This document shows, in pieces, positions 59,982-64,000 of a stretch of DNA of 64,000 nt; the first letter of the stretch is position 1, and each line of letters opens with the position of its first letter. The translations under genes and the position numbers were made by a program. Source of the stretch: Bugula neritina (lineage: Eukaryota; Animalia; Bryozoa). The DNA lies in contig OZ037769.1 of NCBI GenBank assembly GCA_964035545.1, forward strand, positions 10,570,633 to 10,634,632, given 5' to 3'. The notes under the pieces are model-generated. The model saw nothing but the letters and a program-made list of their open reading frames with translations. It did no database searches and was not told the DNA's origin.

Positions 59982-60216
59982 GTTTCCGGTAAAAATGGCT
60001 CTGGTAAAATTGGTACCGGTAAAAATGGTACAGATAATAACGGCAGAAATGGCAAAGTAGGTAGAAATGACACATTATTAATATGGGTGGGTAGGGGGTT
60101 TTCGGATTTGGGGTTAATTAGGAAAATTTAACATCAGTGTGCCATTTTTACCTACTTTTCCATTTGTGCCGTTATTACCTGTGCCATTTTTACCTGTGCC
60201 ATTTTTACCTAGAAGC
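59982..60216. mobile_element. Foldback-type MITE with TIRs built from 15-bp ggtaaaaatggcaca repeats
   Basis: Left ggtaaaaatggc repeats and right tgccatttttacc repeats, TA/TATA flanks. A degraded inverted partial copy lies at ~60648-60800. Confidence 0.75.
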
Positions 60217-61562
60217 TATATGTATAGATAGTGCTAGTATCATATATAATAGTAAAGGAATTTGTTTATAACTGGTTATTTTTTATAATTGAGCAACAAC
60301 TTTTGCTAAATACTTATTGGGTATTGTAGGTAATATAGTAGGTAATTAATAGGTGTAACCAGTAGGTTTTGTAGATAGTTAGCCAGTATTGTAGATAATT
60401 AGTAGGTGGGTGGTAGGTATCGTAGGTGATTATAGCAGGTATCGTAAGTGATTAGTAGGTTAAAAGTTTCCCTCAAGCAGCTCAAAACTGTGCTGAATAA
60501 ATCTCATTATAAGTTAAAGTCTCAACCCAACTTCCTGTTTATTCAACTGACAATATACTGGCTTCAAACCCTTTTACATATTATATTATACGGCAGTGCA
60601 TAAGCAATAGAAATAGTAAATTATCCTGTCAGGCTCATGCTGTATAACAGGTGAAATTGGCAAAGCAAAAATGGCATGTAATAATAACACAGGTAATAAT
60701 AGCACAATGTAAAAATACACTATAAGGTAAATTTGGCAAACTGATGTTAAATTTTCCCAAAGCTCAACCAAAAACCCAACCCAAAAAACCCCAAACCTAT
60801 TTGAAGATCACTTTCTTATAACAGCATAGAATGACTCTTTTTACACTATTACTATATTATTGGTAGGTTAGTTGTGTCAGTTTATTTTCTTTGCAGACCT
60901 TTGCACTTGGCTTACGTCTCAAAACATATTTTACTTTTGCTCTGATGTTGTCTTTTTAAAGGCCTTGGGAGTGATTTTGGGTAATTACTTCCCCTTTATT
61001 AATAAAACACTCTTTGCAAATATAATATTGAGTTGTCTGTCCTTTGAAGAGGTGTCTCTGTCCCATATGTAACATGATACTAGACTGTTACTGTGCATTC
61101 ATATTGATTCAAACTGAAGTAACCATATTATTTTGGCTGATTGAATAAAAATCAATTGTAAAAGTTCTGGTGTTTGAATAAGTTTGTGTAGAATGTAGCA
61201 GTATCACGCGTCCAACATAGTATGACTCATTGATTCATACATATTATTATTATTATGACATATAAATAAATGACACTTACTAACATATCAGCATGTATTA
61301 ACCCGTTTCTTACATAAATAGACTGAATGTTGTAAAATTCAATAATTCATATTTATCTTTATTTTGTAATTTTTCATTGTATTTTTCAATTTTAAATAAA
61401 TCAAGCAAGCAACATGCCCAAAGTTTGTAAAACTCATGCTAATTCACAGCTTCCAATGAAAATGTTAAAATTGGTATACTCCATAGATCCTTACACATGT
61501 AAAAATTACAGTTTATTTTAGAAATGTCAATATACAAAGTTTCTTCTAAGCATATTTGCAGG

Positions 61563-64000
61563 TTAACTACTATTCAGCAGTTGCAGTATGTTTTTAGAAA
61601 GCCTCTTGATTTCATTCCTGTCTTGTGGCGTGAGGGCCTTCACATTCTGATCATGACAGAGAGGATTTCTTATTCTTACTATGCCCTTTATCATGCCATT
61701 GACGTCGCTAGGAAGCTGGTCTTGCACCGAGTATCTCAATTGACCTTCAAAGCAGAGTATAAACATTTTATGTGTAAATCGAGACTTTTAGTTTCAGCTA
61801 AAAATGGCACATGTAAAGTTAAGAACATACTGACACCCCTTGTAAAATATTTACAACCCACACCCTCTATAAACAATCTACTATCCACACCCCCTATAGA
61901 ATATCTCCTACCCACACCTTGTGCCAGGGAGAAAATCCTGGCTCTTTGCCAAAATTTGAATAAAAAATATGTTAGCTTTTTGCAGCTTGTTCAGCTATTT
62001 GTTAGCTTTTTGGTTATGTTATTTTTAATGTATTAGAAGTATTAGCAGTTCACTTGCCAGGAAGGCGCTATAAAGAGCTGATGTTTGTAAGTAGAATTAT
62101 AATTTTGAAGTTTTATGTTTTTGTTGATGTTATTTGAAGTTTACTTATGTATGTATTTTTGTGCAGTATGTAGTTATTTTTTGATATTTTAATAGAGTAC
62201 AAGACAACGAGTAAATAAAATTCAAAGATTAAGAAAGTATTGCTCGATGCTTGTTGCTAGCCAACTCGATAAGCCATTCCTGGCACACACCCCCTGTAGA
62301 TTATCTACTACCCACACCCCCTGTAGATTATCTACTACCTAAACACCCCCTGTAGAATATATATTACTTAAACTACCAGCAATAGAATATTATGAAGTGG
62401 ACAGATGTGCCTATTTATTATAATGAAGTATATCTCCATAAACATTTTAATAGTAGATTAGATAATATGATACTTATTGGAATATATTGAGCCCTTTTAA
62501 TATATAATAAAGATAAAAAGATAAAGATAAAAACAATTTCAAACAAATTTTGGCAATTTGAAATTTAAGTCAGGACTGAACTTGATTTCTCACTCAAACA
62601 TCTCTAAGCGAAGAATAGAAGAAAAAAAATTGTTTCAATTCTCCCCAGACAGTTTGAAATAGTTGAATCCTTTCAGTGATATTTTAGTACTGCAAGTCTT
62701 AGTTGTAGCACTTGTTGGGGGGTTAGGGTCAAGGCTAAGTGTTAGTTATATAGATATAGCCATCCAGTTGGAGCTACAGACAATCTACACTCTACAGACA
62801 AAAGAACTAAACTTTCTCATTTAAAAAAACAAAAAGTAAAACTGTGTATACATTTCATAATCACATAAATGCTTGCATTGGCAATAATTAGTGAAAAATC
62901 TTTTGTTAGGCATCAGCTAGTCACAGACTTTAAAACAATGAGGGAGAAATAAATCAGTTGGACTAGCCAACAATATTCTAGACCTAGAGTCTAGATCATG
63001 GGGGGAGTAGATACGGCCCTCGAGCTATATTTATGTGCTCCCAAGGTATAGCAAGCTACAGAAGTTTTTTCATCAAATTTGCCAACTAGCCTGTAACAGC
63101 AGCACATAGGATAGTTGAGAGCATCCTCACTACGAATAATATCATAAATGTCCCTCAAAATGTAGTTTAGGTTCTTGTATAATATTGCTCTGTGGGTGAC
63201 AGGCGTGTTGTCTACTTGTCATTGTTTAGCCTGAGATCAAACAACAACCAACGAACAGCAACAGGGCTGCATCATTTACCAACATTCCATTGTAAATGCC
63301 CCATAAACAAAGTATACAGCAAGCTAGTCATTATAGCCTGTTTATAGCTATAGTTATATACAGGCTATACTAGCTACACGAGTTATACAAGTTATACAAA
63401 CAGGGGTCTGAAATTGTTCACAAGGAATTTTTTACAGTGAAACAGCATAGTTCTCACTTCAGTCAGAAACTGACTAGACTCGAGAGTCTAGAGTGAGGCC
63501 ACGAGATACACTAAAGCTACAAGGGGTGCTCAACTGGAGGTCTCGGAACTACATACATGTGCTCTGCAGCTATAAAATTCTGAAATTCATTAAAAAGTTT
63601 CAGAAAGAACTTTTATCTGCTTGTATAGAATACCAGACAACCAAACTAAATATGCATTATTTGAAAAAGATACCAAAATGGCTTTCCAATATGTTAAAAA
63701 AAACAATTTTTTTAGTAGATCAGCTCCTTTTGCTTTCAGTTAACTAGCAAACTGTTAAAAAAGTTGAACTCAAGGCAAATGACAAACAGAACCATGTATA
63801 CAGTATTTACCTAAACCCTCTCCCTTTGCGCCATATCTTGTTCTAAGAAGCACCTCCAGCTTCTTGCTGATTGTGATGACTAGTTCGTAGTCATTGTGGA
63901 GATACTGGTTCTGTGCTGCTGGTGCTGGTGCTGGTGCTGGTGCTGGTGGTGCTGGTGGTGCTGGTGGTCGTGAAGCTACTGGTCTGCCATATCCTGCAGG
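61563..64000 (-). CDS. HEPN (DUF4145-like) protein, copy 2; 5' end lies beyond the window
   Basis: Exons >64000-63811 and 61744-61563. Exon 2 encodes the same peptide as copy 1; exon 1 reads PAGYGRPVASRPPAPPAPPAPAPAPAPAAQNQYLHNDYELVITISKKLEVLLRTRYGAKGEGL. Confidence 0.8.

Larger units (their letters stand above)
55692..64000. repeat. Tandem segmental duplication, offset ~5.08 kb (~55692-58920 vs ~60800-64000)
   Basis: Long near-identical colinear sequence with both exon boundaries offset by 5078 bp. More diverged homology at ~54700-55130 vs ~60230-60650. Confidence 0.95.

Overview
AT-rich, intron-containing invertebrate animal DNA (the innexin looks lophotrochozoan-like, but the species cannot be determined). 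Exon chains were built by hand from GT/AG sites and reading phase. Genes: a 14-exon DNAJC21; an innexin with a GC-AG intron and candidate alternative N-terminal exons; two head-to-head SLC16/MCT-like MFS transporter paralogues showing patchy gene conversion, plus an orphan third terminal exon; and a CUB/mucin-stalk type I membrane protein. At the right end is a ~5.08 kb tandem duplication of a 2-exon gene for a 144-aa protein. That protein has an MGNC lipidation-type N-terminus, a Pro/Ala linker and a HEPN (DUF4145-like, RNxxxH) domain, and a perfect NF-kB-type site lies upstream. This is the best candidate for an undescribed system: a membrane-anchored, possibly immune-inducible RNase. Mobile DNA includes a full-length RTE LINE whose 5' end folds as a complete HDV-like ribozyme, a fold-back array of Penelope-type minimal hammerhead motifs, a perfect 354-bp palindrome, hAT-like, Kolobok-like and foldback MITEs, tRNA-derived SINEs and many microsatellites. 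No database searches were run; family assignments come from motif recognition.
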